NCBI GenBank assembly: GCA_050084515.1
Contig: CM114271.1
Coordinates: 20,398,001-20,462,000 of the forward strand
DNA length: 64,000 bases
Reading direction: 5' to 3'
Source of the DNA: Blasia pusilla
Taxonomy: Eukaryota
In this document: one piece after another, positions 1 through 11,700 of the stretch
Layout of the letters: every line of letters starts with the position of its first letter
Numbering within the stretch: the first letter of the stretch is position 1
Position numbers and translations under genes: made by a program
The notes under the pieces: generated by a model
The model's input: the letters and a program-made list of their open reading frames with translations, nothing else
Told to the model about the DNA's origin: nothing
Databases searched by the model: none

Positions 1-249
1 GCATGTAGACACAATGTAAAAGGGAGAGGCAAATAGATCAATATCCCATGGTAGAGGATAAGAGGAGATTATGTCAAGTACAATCTTGGGGGAAATTTGG
101 GGCATCTACAACCAACTATATGACACCCTTTTTTTCAAGTACAAACTTTATAACATTGGGAGTTAGGATTGCAAGGTATTTTAACTAGTCGCTATGCTAT
201 GTGAATATAAGGGTGGTTTTACAACCTCAAACAAGTAAGGTTAAGTAAA

Positions 250-2330
250 CAAGGTTGCATCCAAACGAACATGTCCACGGACATGCCAAACTAGTCTCCA
301 CCCATTTTTTTGGCACCCAGGTCACCCACGCAAGTTCTAGCAGCGGGAATAAGTGCGGGTTGGGATGAAGGGTGCGAGTTGCAGCCGGGCTGTGGGCAAA
401 ATGCCCAATGTAGGCCTAACACGATCGCCCTCGTCAACTTGACGCAAGCTTGAAGGCTTGGGTCATACGGGTTGTTAGGCGGGCCTTGTGCAGGCGTGGT
501 GAGCGGGCAACGGCCCCTGAGCTCGTGCACGGGCTCGATGCAGGCTTGGCGTGGTCTTGCAAGTGGGCATAGCATTAATGTAGGTTGGGTGTGGGCCTAG
601 GATTGGAACACGCGGGCGGCTTGGGGCCAAGGATTGAACTCATTGGAGGATTCAGCCTTAGGATGAGAACATTTGATCTTGGTACAGGTTATGCGGATTG
701 AGGCTCGGAAATATTGATAAGTAACGGGCTGACGCGGGCCCCGTAAGCTTGAATGCAGGCTTAAGCGCGGACCTTATGCGGGAAAAAGCATGATTCGTGT
801 ATGGGATGGCATGCGGATAGGGGAGGATTCTGGTTACTATTGAAGGCACCTGAGTGGTGGAGAAGAACGAAGACGATTAAAATATAGTTGAATAGGTTGG
901 TTATATTAGAGAATAGGTTAGTTGTAAATGAAAGTGGTTAAAGAAGTGGAAATACTAGGTGGAGAGGGGAGAGAATATTAAAATACAACAAAATAGGATG
1001 GTTGTATTAGAAAATAGGTTAGTTGCAAATTAAAGTGGTTAAAGAGGTTAAGATGGTTGAAAAAGGATTGGGATTAGAAGAACATAATAGGATTTGCTAA
1101 ATGGAGATAAGTGGAAATGGTTTAGGAATAAATAGTGAGTAGGGGTAGATGAGGAAAAAGAATGAAGGGTTCATTCCCTTCCTTCCATCCTCCCTTATAT
1201 AAACTTGTTCATTTTTTTTGTACCCTTACAATGTCACCCCTCCCTTCTTGTCTCCCTCCCTCTACTCTTTTGTGGAAGGTTGTTTTCTCCATAGATAGGT
1301 GAACTTGATAAGTAAGAATGTATTTTGCCACTAGATAACCTTGATAATTGAAGGAATCTGGGTTATCTCGGTGAGTATATTGATCTTTCTTGTTCATAGC
1401 GAATATTCCAAGATTGTTATTGGAGCATTTTCAGACAATATTTGGTATAATTCCAATGTATTTCACCAATCGATATATCATTTTATTGATAGTGTAATTT
1501 TTTTAAAATTATCCAAATATTTTTTGGATGAGGTTAGTATCTGTATGTAGTCATGACCAAAGCCAGAGAACTCCAATAGATCTTGAAAGAACATTGGGAA
1601 GAAGTAAAGTTTAACATGGAAGGTGGAACATCAAACAAATGGCAATGTAAGTATTTTTCCTATTCTATGAAAATCTATCATAGGGATTCTTTCAACATCC
1701 AAGTAATAGAAGTTACAAATGACACGTGGACGAAGTGTTTCTATAAATATGGAATATCATTCAACATAGTACGGCAAGATGTTTTCAAGCAAGAAGTGTT
1801 CAAAACAACAAAGGTGAAGGGTTACTCAAGTCTTTGTTGCGCACCACTCTACTTGAGAAACATATGGGGAAGATGAAGGAAAAGGTAGATGGCAGATTGG
1901 ATAATCGAGTCAGTAGACACAAAGGGGGAATCCCAAACAAATGAATGGTTGGAAAGTCACATAGAGAGGACTATCATGCCCATAGGTCCAAAGAATATGT
2001 TGCAACTTGTGATAGAAAATGCTAGCAATGAGCGAGCATCATGGAACATTATTGAAGCAAAGTTTCCTCATATTCTTTGGTGTGTATGTGTAACACATTC
2101 TCTTGATCTTGTATGCAAAGAATGGTATAAGTGGACAGGATTTTTCACAAGCTCATGAGATGGTAGGATTTGTGAAGACAAGAACTTACGTGATGGCCAA
2201 ATTCATGGAAACCAACCTAGTGAAGTGACGATTGTTGCTTCCTACATACATATGCTTTGTAAAAAACTTATAATATTGGGACGTGTCTTAGAATTGAGGG
2301 AGGCGTTCCATGCCATGGATGCCACAAATG
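250..2330 (+). mobile_element. Degenerate hAT-superfamily DNA transposon (left TIR plus transposase remnant); right end not visible
   Basis: TIR CAAGGTTGCA at 250, the same as the MITE ends at 32464 and 37186, followed by a GC-rich subterminal region. ORF 1889-2158 IGPKNMLQLVIENASN...FPHILWCVCVTHSLDLVCKE matches the hAT/DUF659 pattern VVTDNA..N...P.I.W..C..H.LDL. ORF 1583-1876 has a BED-finger-like KWQCKY. Right boundary approximate. Confidence 0.7.
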
Positions 2331-2339
2331 CTTTAAATT

Positions 2340-5300
2340 TAGGGAGTATTTCAATGGGAGGGATGCGAGGCAAAGGGAGAAAACACAAGTCATGACCCTC
2401 ATAACTAAATGAACATCAAGCGGAACATCAGAACTTTAGCCGGCTCATGCTAGGATGGTTGCGCTTTGGAGAGGTCTCTTGGAAGAGTCCAAGAGACAAA
2501 ACGTGGAAATAGAGTTTGTGTGTTTCATACCTTTATTATCGTGACCAGAAAACCTACAACAAACGTGAACCAAGATTTAAGATGAGTTGAGTCTAGGATG
2601 ATTGGTTGCCAAAGAGGTGAGAATCAGATTTGGAACACTACTAGTAAAGGAGGGATAGAATTTGAAGTCTAAAGAGATACACGCCAATATTTTGAGGTAG
2701 ATATGGTCATATAACCATAAATTGTCACTTTCATTGGCTTCGAAATAGGCCATATTGTTGCCCTCTTAATCATCTTGAAGGGGACACATGCATGAAGATG
2801 ACGAAAAAAAGGGACCTCAAGGAAACGCCAACCACCAGTGATCTCGCCTTATGGATATATTGGTTCTACAAAAAGGAGAAAAGACGAGGGTCGACTCAAA
2901 TATATGGAGGTAAATGGTTTGAATAGAGGAGAAATTAAACCCGTCTAATTATCATAAATGGGGAAGTAGAAGGGTCCCAAGTTAGAGTATTGATTGATCT
3001 ATGTGCAACAGAAAACTTCCTTTTAAGAGCCATAGCTATGAAGTTGGGCTCAACTTTAGAGAGGGATCAAAACGAAGAGGTAGAATTACCAAACAGGCAA
3101 ACAAAAAGAATTGAGAAGCTTCCTTTAGGTGTAGAGTTGAGGATAGGAAAGTATCATGAAGAGTTGAAGATCATTCGATTAGCACGTTATAATGTTATCT
3201 TGGGCATGCCTTGGATGGAATAGTACAATCAGGAGATAGATTGGAGAAGAAAGACCGCTTTTCGTACTAGATATGGACACTTTGAATACTTAGTCATATC
3301 ATTTGGTCTTACCAATGCACCTGCAAACTTTATGGGCTTAATGAATGTTGTCTTTCGTCCATATCTAGATAAGTCTATCATCATATTCTTAGATGATATC
3401 TTGGTTAATAGTAAAACCATAGAGACCATCTATGAGAAGTTCTTTAAATCTTATGAGATAACGAGTTGTGTGCTAAAGCTTCAAAATGTGAGTTCGGCAA
3501 GACATAAGTTGATTATCTAAGGCATCGAGTAAGCCTAGAAGGCATTCGAGTGATGAGTGAGAAGGTAGAAACGATCCAAAAATGGAGTGCATTTGAGGAT
3601 CAAACTCAATTGAAGAGTTTTCTAGGTTTAATAGGATTCTATCAAGGATTTGTCAAAGGTTTTGGTCGAATTGGATAATCCTTGATAGATTTACTAGGGA
3701 GAGGACAAAAATGGAATTGGGATACATTACAAGAGATTTTTTTTTCATCATTAAAAGATATCTTGATTAAAGCCTTTATTTTGAAATGGTATGGTCCTAA
3801 TTGAGCTATCAAGTAAGCTATAGATGCATCATGTACTACTATTGGAGGAGTATTACAACAAGAATGGGATGATGGATGGCATCCAATTGCCTTCTTTTCT
3901 TGCAAGTTGGTGCCAATGGAGCAAAACTACGATAAAATTGAGCGAGAAGAACTTGTTATTTTATTGGCAATCAAGTAGTCAAAACACTATTTGGCGATAA
4001 GGAGTTTGTGGTGGAGAGTAATCACAATCCCTTTGTTTACTTAGAATCTTGAAAGGAGCTCTCCAAACGCCAAATTTGATGGGCAGACTGGCGAAAAAAA
4101 TTCACCATGAAAATTATCAATATAGAAGGAAAGAAGCAGTTGGCAGACGTCCTAACTCGTATGCCACATATGAATAATATATCTGAAGTGCATATTCACT
4201 CTGGTTGGTGAAAAATGTTGACCAAAGAAACGAAGAAGGATGAAGAAATTCTAGTTGCTATTGAGGCCAACAAAGCATATAAGACGCAAGGATTGGTTTT
4301 CCATAAAGGTAAAGTATGGATCCCACAAGATCCACATTCACGCATTCAAGTATTGTCCAAGGCTCACAACAAAATTATTGCGGTTCATACGGGAGCTGAA
4401 AAAATCATGGCCCTTCTAAAGTGCTTATCATTAATAGAAGAACTCATTTCACAAGTCTATTTTGGAAGGATTTATTTGGATTTCTCCAAACTAAACTAAC
4501 CATGTCTACAACTTATCATCCTCAAACTGATGAACAAACTTAAAGGGCCAACTGTACCATTGAGGATATGCTACGGGCCTTAACATTGGAAGATCAATGA
4601 GGATGGGACTCACTGTTACCATTAGTAGAGTTCTCATACAACAACTCCATGAACTCTTCTACTAAGGCAACACCCTTCATATTAATGTATTGCGAGCATC
4701 ATTTGATTCCATCTAGTCCCACTCAAATAAGGAGACTTCTTAGGGAATCTACAAAGGAAGAAACTCTTAATGAGTTTATGGATTAGATTTAGAAAGGAGT
4801 TCAACTTGCTAAGGAGAAGTTGGTTATTGTCCAAAATCGACAAAAAAATATGCAGATGCTCATCGTCGAGAAGTTGAGTTTTTAAGGGGACAAGGTTTGG
4901 CTAGCAACAACCAATTTATCATTAGTATGTGTTTGTAAGCTTAATCCTCCCTATATTGGGCCTTTTACTATTCTACAAAAATTGGGCGTCATGGCGTATA
5001 AGCTAGACCTATCGACATATTTGAAAATCCATCCTATGTTTCATGTCTCTCTTCTTCGACCGTTTATTTCATGTCCTAAAATATTTGAGGATAATACTTG
5101 CACTCTACCACTTCCTCAAATGGTAGGAGATCATAAATAATTTAAAGTGGAACATATCTTGAAGAAATACACTCGAGGAGCTCATCACCAACAAGTCGAA
5201 TACTTTGTTCAAGAGAAAGGATATCCATTATTTAAGGCCATATGGGAACCCTCAGCCAACTTGGCCAAGGCATCATCAATAGTGCAAGACTTTGAAAGTT

Positions 5301-5867
5301 CTCATAGCAAGGACCTTGTGTTTTAAATGGGAGGAGGTTTGTAACCATCCTTTGTTAGTCATAGTTAAGTTAGAGTCTATGACATATAGTGCAGAAGTGG
5401 AAAAGAATCATCCAAAAAATGAAAAGACATGCAAAGAACATGAGATAGTGATGAGAGTGGGGCCATAGGTTGGTGAAAAGTAAGATAAGGATGAAGTTGG
5501 GGATAGATGTGATGAGATGAGATAGGGACATTAGGGTCCAAAGAAGATCCTCTCATGCTATGAGAGTATGACACGTGATATATGGATGGGTAGAGCTAAT
5601 TAATTTATCTTCATTATACATATTCCATAAGTATATAAAGGAAGAGGAGAGACCTCAAAGGAAATTCTACCTTAGAGCAACTCTAGAGTGGTCTTACGAG
5701 ATTTGAGAGTTATACGTGTCGAGGGCTTGAAGCTCGCACACTCATTCAATCCTTGCCCACACCCATTCTTTTGTCTCAAGCCCGCGAGGGCGAACGAGGT
5801 ACCAAAAAGATTAGGCGGGGGCCTATTGATCCCATAGACGGACAAGTCATTTCAATACAACCTTACA
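2340..5867 (+). mobile_element. Degenerate Ty3/gypsy chromovirus (protease, RT, RNase H, integrase, chromodomain, PPT, 3' LTR); 5' LTR not seen
   Basis: Protease RVLIDLCATENF...YNVILGMPW (~2980-3220). [12 protein letters not shown]...IIFLDDILV (~3300-3410). Integrase remnants 4500-5060. Chromodomain FKVEHIL...EYFVQEKGYP...WEP at 5141-5265. Many stops. Start approximate. Confidence 0.85.
5340..5867 (+). repeat. 3' LTR of the chromovirus, preceded by a polypurine tract
   Basis: PPT-like ATGGGAGGAGG immediately upstream; termini TGTAA...TTACA. Confidence 0.7.
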
Positions 5868-7087
5868 AGTGTGATGCTTACAAAGAAATTTATAACTTAA
5901 CAATAGTCACAAATTCCTTGATCATTTCTAATTATTATGCGATTATCCAAAGTTGTAAACTCTGACAATCCAAAATAAGAGCTAGTATAATATATGTCTC
6001 AAGAATTCTATTCAATATAAAAATATCTAAAATCCTATAAATCTCATAAGAAAATCACAAATAGATCATAAAATGGAATCCCTTGCATTGACATAATTTT
6101 GTAACTTAGATTATGTTACTATACGGAGTCTTGAATATCTTGAGCTAAGAGTGGACTTGGTCATATATCTATGTAGATTATCGAGAGTGTATTGATATCA
6201 ATAGTCACTTCAATTGTTAAGACATGGATATGAAATAGTTGACTATTCAAGTGAATTATCTTACATTTGAACGTGCACATTTAGAGAATTTGAAGCAAGA
6301 TAATCAAAGAAAAATATAGAGAGATAAAGCATATTGCTCTTTAGTGTTATGAGAGAATAAGTCTAGATTCTAGCTTGTTGTGTGTGCCATTTGATGCAAA
6401 GTCTGCTTATGCATGCATAGATATTTGAATTTTTTAATCTTTTGGCCAAGGTGTACAAGGCTAAAATATTGAAAATTCTAATGAAAGCATTATTTCAAAA
6501 TTAAAACATTTGCTCAATAATGTGGTAGATTGTGAGAATTTTAGAGGGGGACATTTTTTATTTTTCATTAGCATCAAATTGCTTTCTCGATCAAGAAGAG
6601 AGTAATTGTGTGAGGACGACTCAGTGAGTATTGGTCTTTGTGAGAGTGAATGAGATTTTATACTAGTTCTAGAAAGAAGAACAAGTATCAAAGGTTAACG
6701 TTGTATGTCATAGATTAGAAGTTTGTTGCCTTCATAATGATCTACTTGTTTTATGGACTTTATTAGAATGACCTATAAAGATAGTATTGCAATGACTACT
6801 CCAATATATCCATAGAGAACTAGGATGCAATTTGAGGATTTATGTTGAGTGGATCAAGATTTTGAAGGTTCATTTTTTTATTAGTAGACCTTTGTTGCCA
6901 CATATATTATCATTAATGGAGAGGATGCATCAAATTATAAGTTATCCAATAAGTCAAAGAGTATTGATAAGATTTCCTTACCATTATTGTGGAATATAGA
7001 TGAAGAACATATATATATGGATCCATAAAGAGACATTGAAAATTTGAAGAGAAGATAGGGAGTTAGAATCTTTTTAACTATCATATT

Positions 7088-7824
7088 TGTCGTGCGCATA
7101 CATATCGCTACACAACATACATCGCTAGTCACATCTATAGCACACAACACCGATCTTCCCCACACATCAGTAGATCCACACATGTACAGAAATCAACTCA
7201 TTCATATACATGGAGATCACAAAAAATAAAGTAGTAAAAATGGCACACCCGGCCTAAAACTCCACTCCTCAATCTATATTGGCATATCGAGCCTCGTCCA
7301 CTCTGCGCTATTAAGGAATCCGGACGCAAGCACCCTAGTCCTATCTCACACACATACAAGAGAGGTGCTCCAACGGCCCAACATGAGAAAGATGGTTTGG
7401 GAAAGCCATCTTCCTCCCTTATATAGGGTTGGGAAGAGCCAAAAGGATCTTCTCCTAAAAATAGCTATCCTCTTGGTAACCAACGTGCACATGTTACCAG
7501 GGGAGGGTGACTTGGTCCGACTGTGAAAGACCTCAACAAGAAAGTTGTCAGAAACGACGTTCTTGACGCAATGGACCTATCCTCAACTTCATCCGACACC
7601 GTGGGGCAAAGTAACACTCAAGATAGTCCGCTGGCTCCTACGCCCTATCCACGATAGATCTCGGCCTATCGCCTACTCAGATGTGACAGTTGTCATGCGC
7701 ATACATATCGCTACATAACATATATCGATGGTCACATCTACACCATAGAACACCGATCTTCCCCACATATGAGTAGATCCACACATGTACAGAAATCAAC
7801 TCATACATATACATGGAGATCACA
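7088..7824. repeat. 3' terminal repeat block of element A: Y (7088-7221) + X (7222-7688) + 2-nt spacer + Y' (7691-7824)
   Basis: 7088-7221 and 7691-7824 are near-identical 134-bp direct repeats. 7222-7688 recurs at about 16363-16842. Junction reads GTGACA-GT-TGTCA. Confidence 0.9.
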
Positions 7825-7904
7825 CAACCGCCCCCCTATCTGGCAGTTGGATCTCCCTAACTCCAGATAAAAAATATCATATCTCTCGGACATGACCTAC
7901 TACC

Positions 7905-9300
7905 CTATACACATCTCAGACACATCCATCGTCCCATGGGAACTACATCAAGAGGGGGGGGGATCAGACATGACATATGCCATCCTCGAGAACAACCATC
8001 ACATACCAACATGGTGGTTGCACCCCTTGCAGATCCGCACAATATACACCTCAAGCCTGCAGGTACCATTGCCAAGCTCGGATCCACTATCCCGTCTATG
8101 TTCGGAAGATGACATGGTGCACAATTGCGCACATGATCCTTCCAAACCATACCATCCTGTCCCTCCAACATGAGGACTCCGGTCGGTAATACCTCGCGCA
8201 CACTTAGGATCGTGCCCCCCTGTAGTGACATCTAGCGTCGTGGGTGCCGCGTGTTGTAAATACACGTAATCTCCAGGATGAAACCTCCTAATTCTTGGAT
8301 GATAACCTCCTCCAAACATGGTCGCGTACCTCAATGTATCTTTATGCTGAGCAATAACTAAGTTCTCAAAGGCCATAGGCATAACTCCGACGCTTGAGGG
8401 GGCACAAGTGATACTTTCTTTCCAAGGTTAGTGCTTCTAGAGTAAATTGGCATAGTCTACGAAAAATCTCTGCCCTCTGAGAACACGCTTGTACCCACAC
8501 ATCTGGATCATCAAGATCTAACACCTCCGCCATGTCACGTTGATTAACTGTAGGTAAATATGGCTCTCTCCCAAAGAGCAAAAAGTATGGTGAAAATGAT
8601 GCCAAGGATGTTTGCCAACTAAAGCGATAACCCATAGCCAACCATGGCAATTGTAGGTCCCACTCCCTCAACTTTCCCCGCTGCATGCCATACTTGCGCA
8701 ATCCTCTCTTCACCGTCTGTACTCCTCTCTCCGCCAACCCATCCACCTAAGGATGATCTCTAGACGTGGTGCGATGATCTACCAGCGCTTGATCACACAA
8801 GGCCTGAAACTTGCCCCTAAACTCGGTACCCTTGTCAGTCAAAACCTCGGCCTGTGCACCAAAGTGACTAAGCACACAATCTAGAAATGCATAAGTTTTT
8901 CCCTCACTCGCCTTGTCTGGTAGTGCCACCAACTCTATCCACTTGGAGAAATGCTCCACCATGACCGACAAGTACCTATGATGATGCCACGTCAATGGCA
9001 AAGGTCCCGCAAAGTCTAAACTCCATCGATAACCATAACCGATAATCGGCAAAGGATGTAACTACGGAGTGGGAGCATTGAAGGATGCTCGCACTCTGTC
9101 ACATACCATACATCTGACCACAAACTGCTATACCCCTATATGCATGTTGTGCCACCAATACTGAACCTGGAGTAAGCTGTAAGTACGCTTTACTCCAAAA
9201 TGCCCCAACTCCTCATCGGCATGTCGCACTACACGTGCTCACTAGGAAGGATGAGGTACCACTCATATCCTACCATCTCTCCATACCCGCAAAATGTGAG
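7905..9300 (-). pseudogene. DDE integrase with C-terminal PHD finger (element A), disrupted
   Basis: WSLDFAGPLP...VEHFSKWIELVAL...LTDKGTEF...DGLAER core, then C4HC3 CILCGS..MLVCDGCSRGWHMSCLIPP.L..VP.G.WMCLRC. Confidence 0.9.
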
Positions 9301-9639
9301 TCCCCTCCCACCTGAACCTCCTGGCTCTCTGTAGGATCTAATCCCGCTCCCTAGCACTCACTGTACTCGCTATGACGCCAGTGCGTAAGAACTCCACAAC
9401 CTCCATTTCATCCTGGATATCACGGCCACCTATCGCCTCTTCACTGACCTCTGGATCCAAAGACTCATCATCCAACCCCACCACTCGAGTCATCACCTGC
9501 GATTGACCTACCATAGTCAACCAACAAAGATAGGCAAATACATGCCAACCGGGCACCATCTCCTCATCATTCTCTCCGTGCCATCGAGCTCTTGTGTCGT
9601 CTCTCTGACTCAAACATGGGTTACGACTCAACCCATCCG

Positions 9640-10900
9640 CATCCTAGTTCAGCCGGCGTGGCCTATGAACCATCTCAAACTCATACTCTTGTAGTAATAG
9701 AGCCCACTGGGCAAGCTTTCCGTAAGCTTGCCGGACTCCATCAATCACCTCAACAGTTGATTAATCAGTGATAAGTGTGAAAGGGTTGCCAAATAAATAG
9801 CACCTGAAATGTGCCACAACCCACACTGCAGCTAAGCACTCTCCCTTGTAAGAGTTGTACTTTTCCTCTGCAATGTTGTTTGATCGGCTCGCGTAAGCCA
9901 CAACGAACTCCCTCTCCTCATCATCCCTCTGAGTAAGCACTGCTCCTAGACTCAACATGCTCCAATCCGTATGTAATTGGAATGGGCGACCCCTAACCGG
10001 TCTCTGTAAAATGGGTGAGGACGTCAACTTGTCCTTGAGCTCTTGAAATGCTCGCTCCTGATCATCTCCCCACAACCAAACCTGATCAAGTCTTGTCAAC
10101 AAAGTCAAAGACTTTACGATCGCACTAAAACCTTTGACATATCGTCGATAGAAGTTCGCCAGTCCAAGAAATGCTCGGACTCGACTCACATCTGTAGTAG
10201 CCTCTATCTTTGTCTGCTGAACGCCTAACCCACTCGTGTATATGGTGTGTCCCAAGTACTCAATTTTCTCTTCAAAGAATCTTCACTTGCCTAGATCTAA
10301 CTTCAGTCCATGTAACTGCAATCACCAAAATACCTCCTCCAAGTGTCGCTCGTGCTCCTCAACCCTGGAACTAAAGATAAGAATATCATCTATGTAACAT
10401 CATACAAACTCGAAGCCAGCCAGAATCCTATCCATCACTCTCTGAAACTCCACAAGCGTGTTCTTCAACCCAAATGGTAAGAACCGCCACTAATACAAGC
10501 AATCTCTCCCGAATCGATCTATCCCCTAGAATATTGTCTTCTCCCTGTCCTCCAACTTGATTGGAAGCTGATGATAGCCATCACGGAGTTCTAAAGTATT
10601 GAAGATCTTTGCATGTCCTACTACATCAAAGATCTCCTCAGGAGTAGGCATGGCATACCGATCAGACCTTGTCTGTCGGTTGATCGAACGGTAATATCCA
10701 CACATCCGCCTATCCGTCAAATTGCCATACATATCCTTCTTTTCCGGCATGACTGTGGCAGATGCATACTCCCTATGTGATAACTCCACAAGTTTTGCCT
10801 CCAACAAGTCCTGACTCCTCCTCGAATCAAGGCTCGCTCCATATCAGAATACCTGTAGGGTTGACAAAAGATCGGCGTATCACAAGCCAACTCAATCCGT
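9640..10900 (-). pseudogene. Reverse transcriptase-RNase H (element A), disrupted
   Basis: RMCGYYRSIN...GYHQLPI, YIDD near 10385-10398, VRAFLGLANFYRRYVKGFS, LHTDWS...VVAYASR...ECLAAVW. Confidence 0.9.
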
Positions 10901-11329
10901 ATCCCGGGACCCTTCAGCATACCCAAGTCTCTCATATTGAAGGCAAAAAAAATGACATGCCCTCTTAGAAGCCTATGAACTCGCGGTCGTTCTCCTCCTA
11001 TCAACTTGAGACCTATCACAGGCTCCCAAGGCTCCATTGTGACCTCACTCGGAGAGTACGCAACCTTCGGCTTTGGTTGCTATGTAACAACCCTAGCCAC
11101 CTCCGCAATAGTCACTCCACTCTGACCTCCTACCCCATGCTCCACATCCAAAAAATTTGAACATGTGATGCTCTGGCCGCCTTTGCAGTCTTCGCTCGAA
11201 TGACATCCCAAGAAGTCCATGGATGTCTATCTCTCCTCATCCTGCCACCAGCTAATGCCTGTACAGACCCTGCAGGCAATGGTCCAACTCGTGGACGTGA
11301 CGGCATGGATGACACTTGCATCCATCTCT

Positions 11330-11700
11330 GCTCAGCCATACTTAGGCTCACTATCCATGTGAGGTCCATCCCCTGCCCCAACACCTATCTCCGAGATGCC
11401 TGAGTCATACCTGGCACCGCCATAATACCCGTAGCAAACCCCATGGCGCGCTCGCGCTCATCTGCTGTAGGTTCCTCTAATGCTCGGATCACCTCATCCC
11501 AAATCATGCTTGGCCCTCCTTGACGAAAGGCTGGGAAGCTCACCAACATAGGTAAGGTTGCCTTCAACTCCCCCACCCTATTGGCCATCGCCAACGGTGG
11601 TCTATCATCTCGCGTAACCACCTCAGATCAACGCCCTGAGCCCAAAATAGCATCGAATATGAGATATGGTACTCTCTGGACTCCATCGTATGCTCGACTC
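11330..11700 (-). pseudogene. C-terminal part (TRD, motifs IX-X) of a DNMT3-like cytosine methyltransferase in element A
   Basis: ERERAMGFATGIMAVPGMTQASRR*VLGQGMDL resembles the DNMT3 motif IX/X pattern E.ER.FGFP..YT.V..MS..AR...LG..W. Truncated upstream by the element D insertion. Confidence 0.75.
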
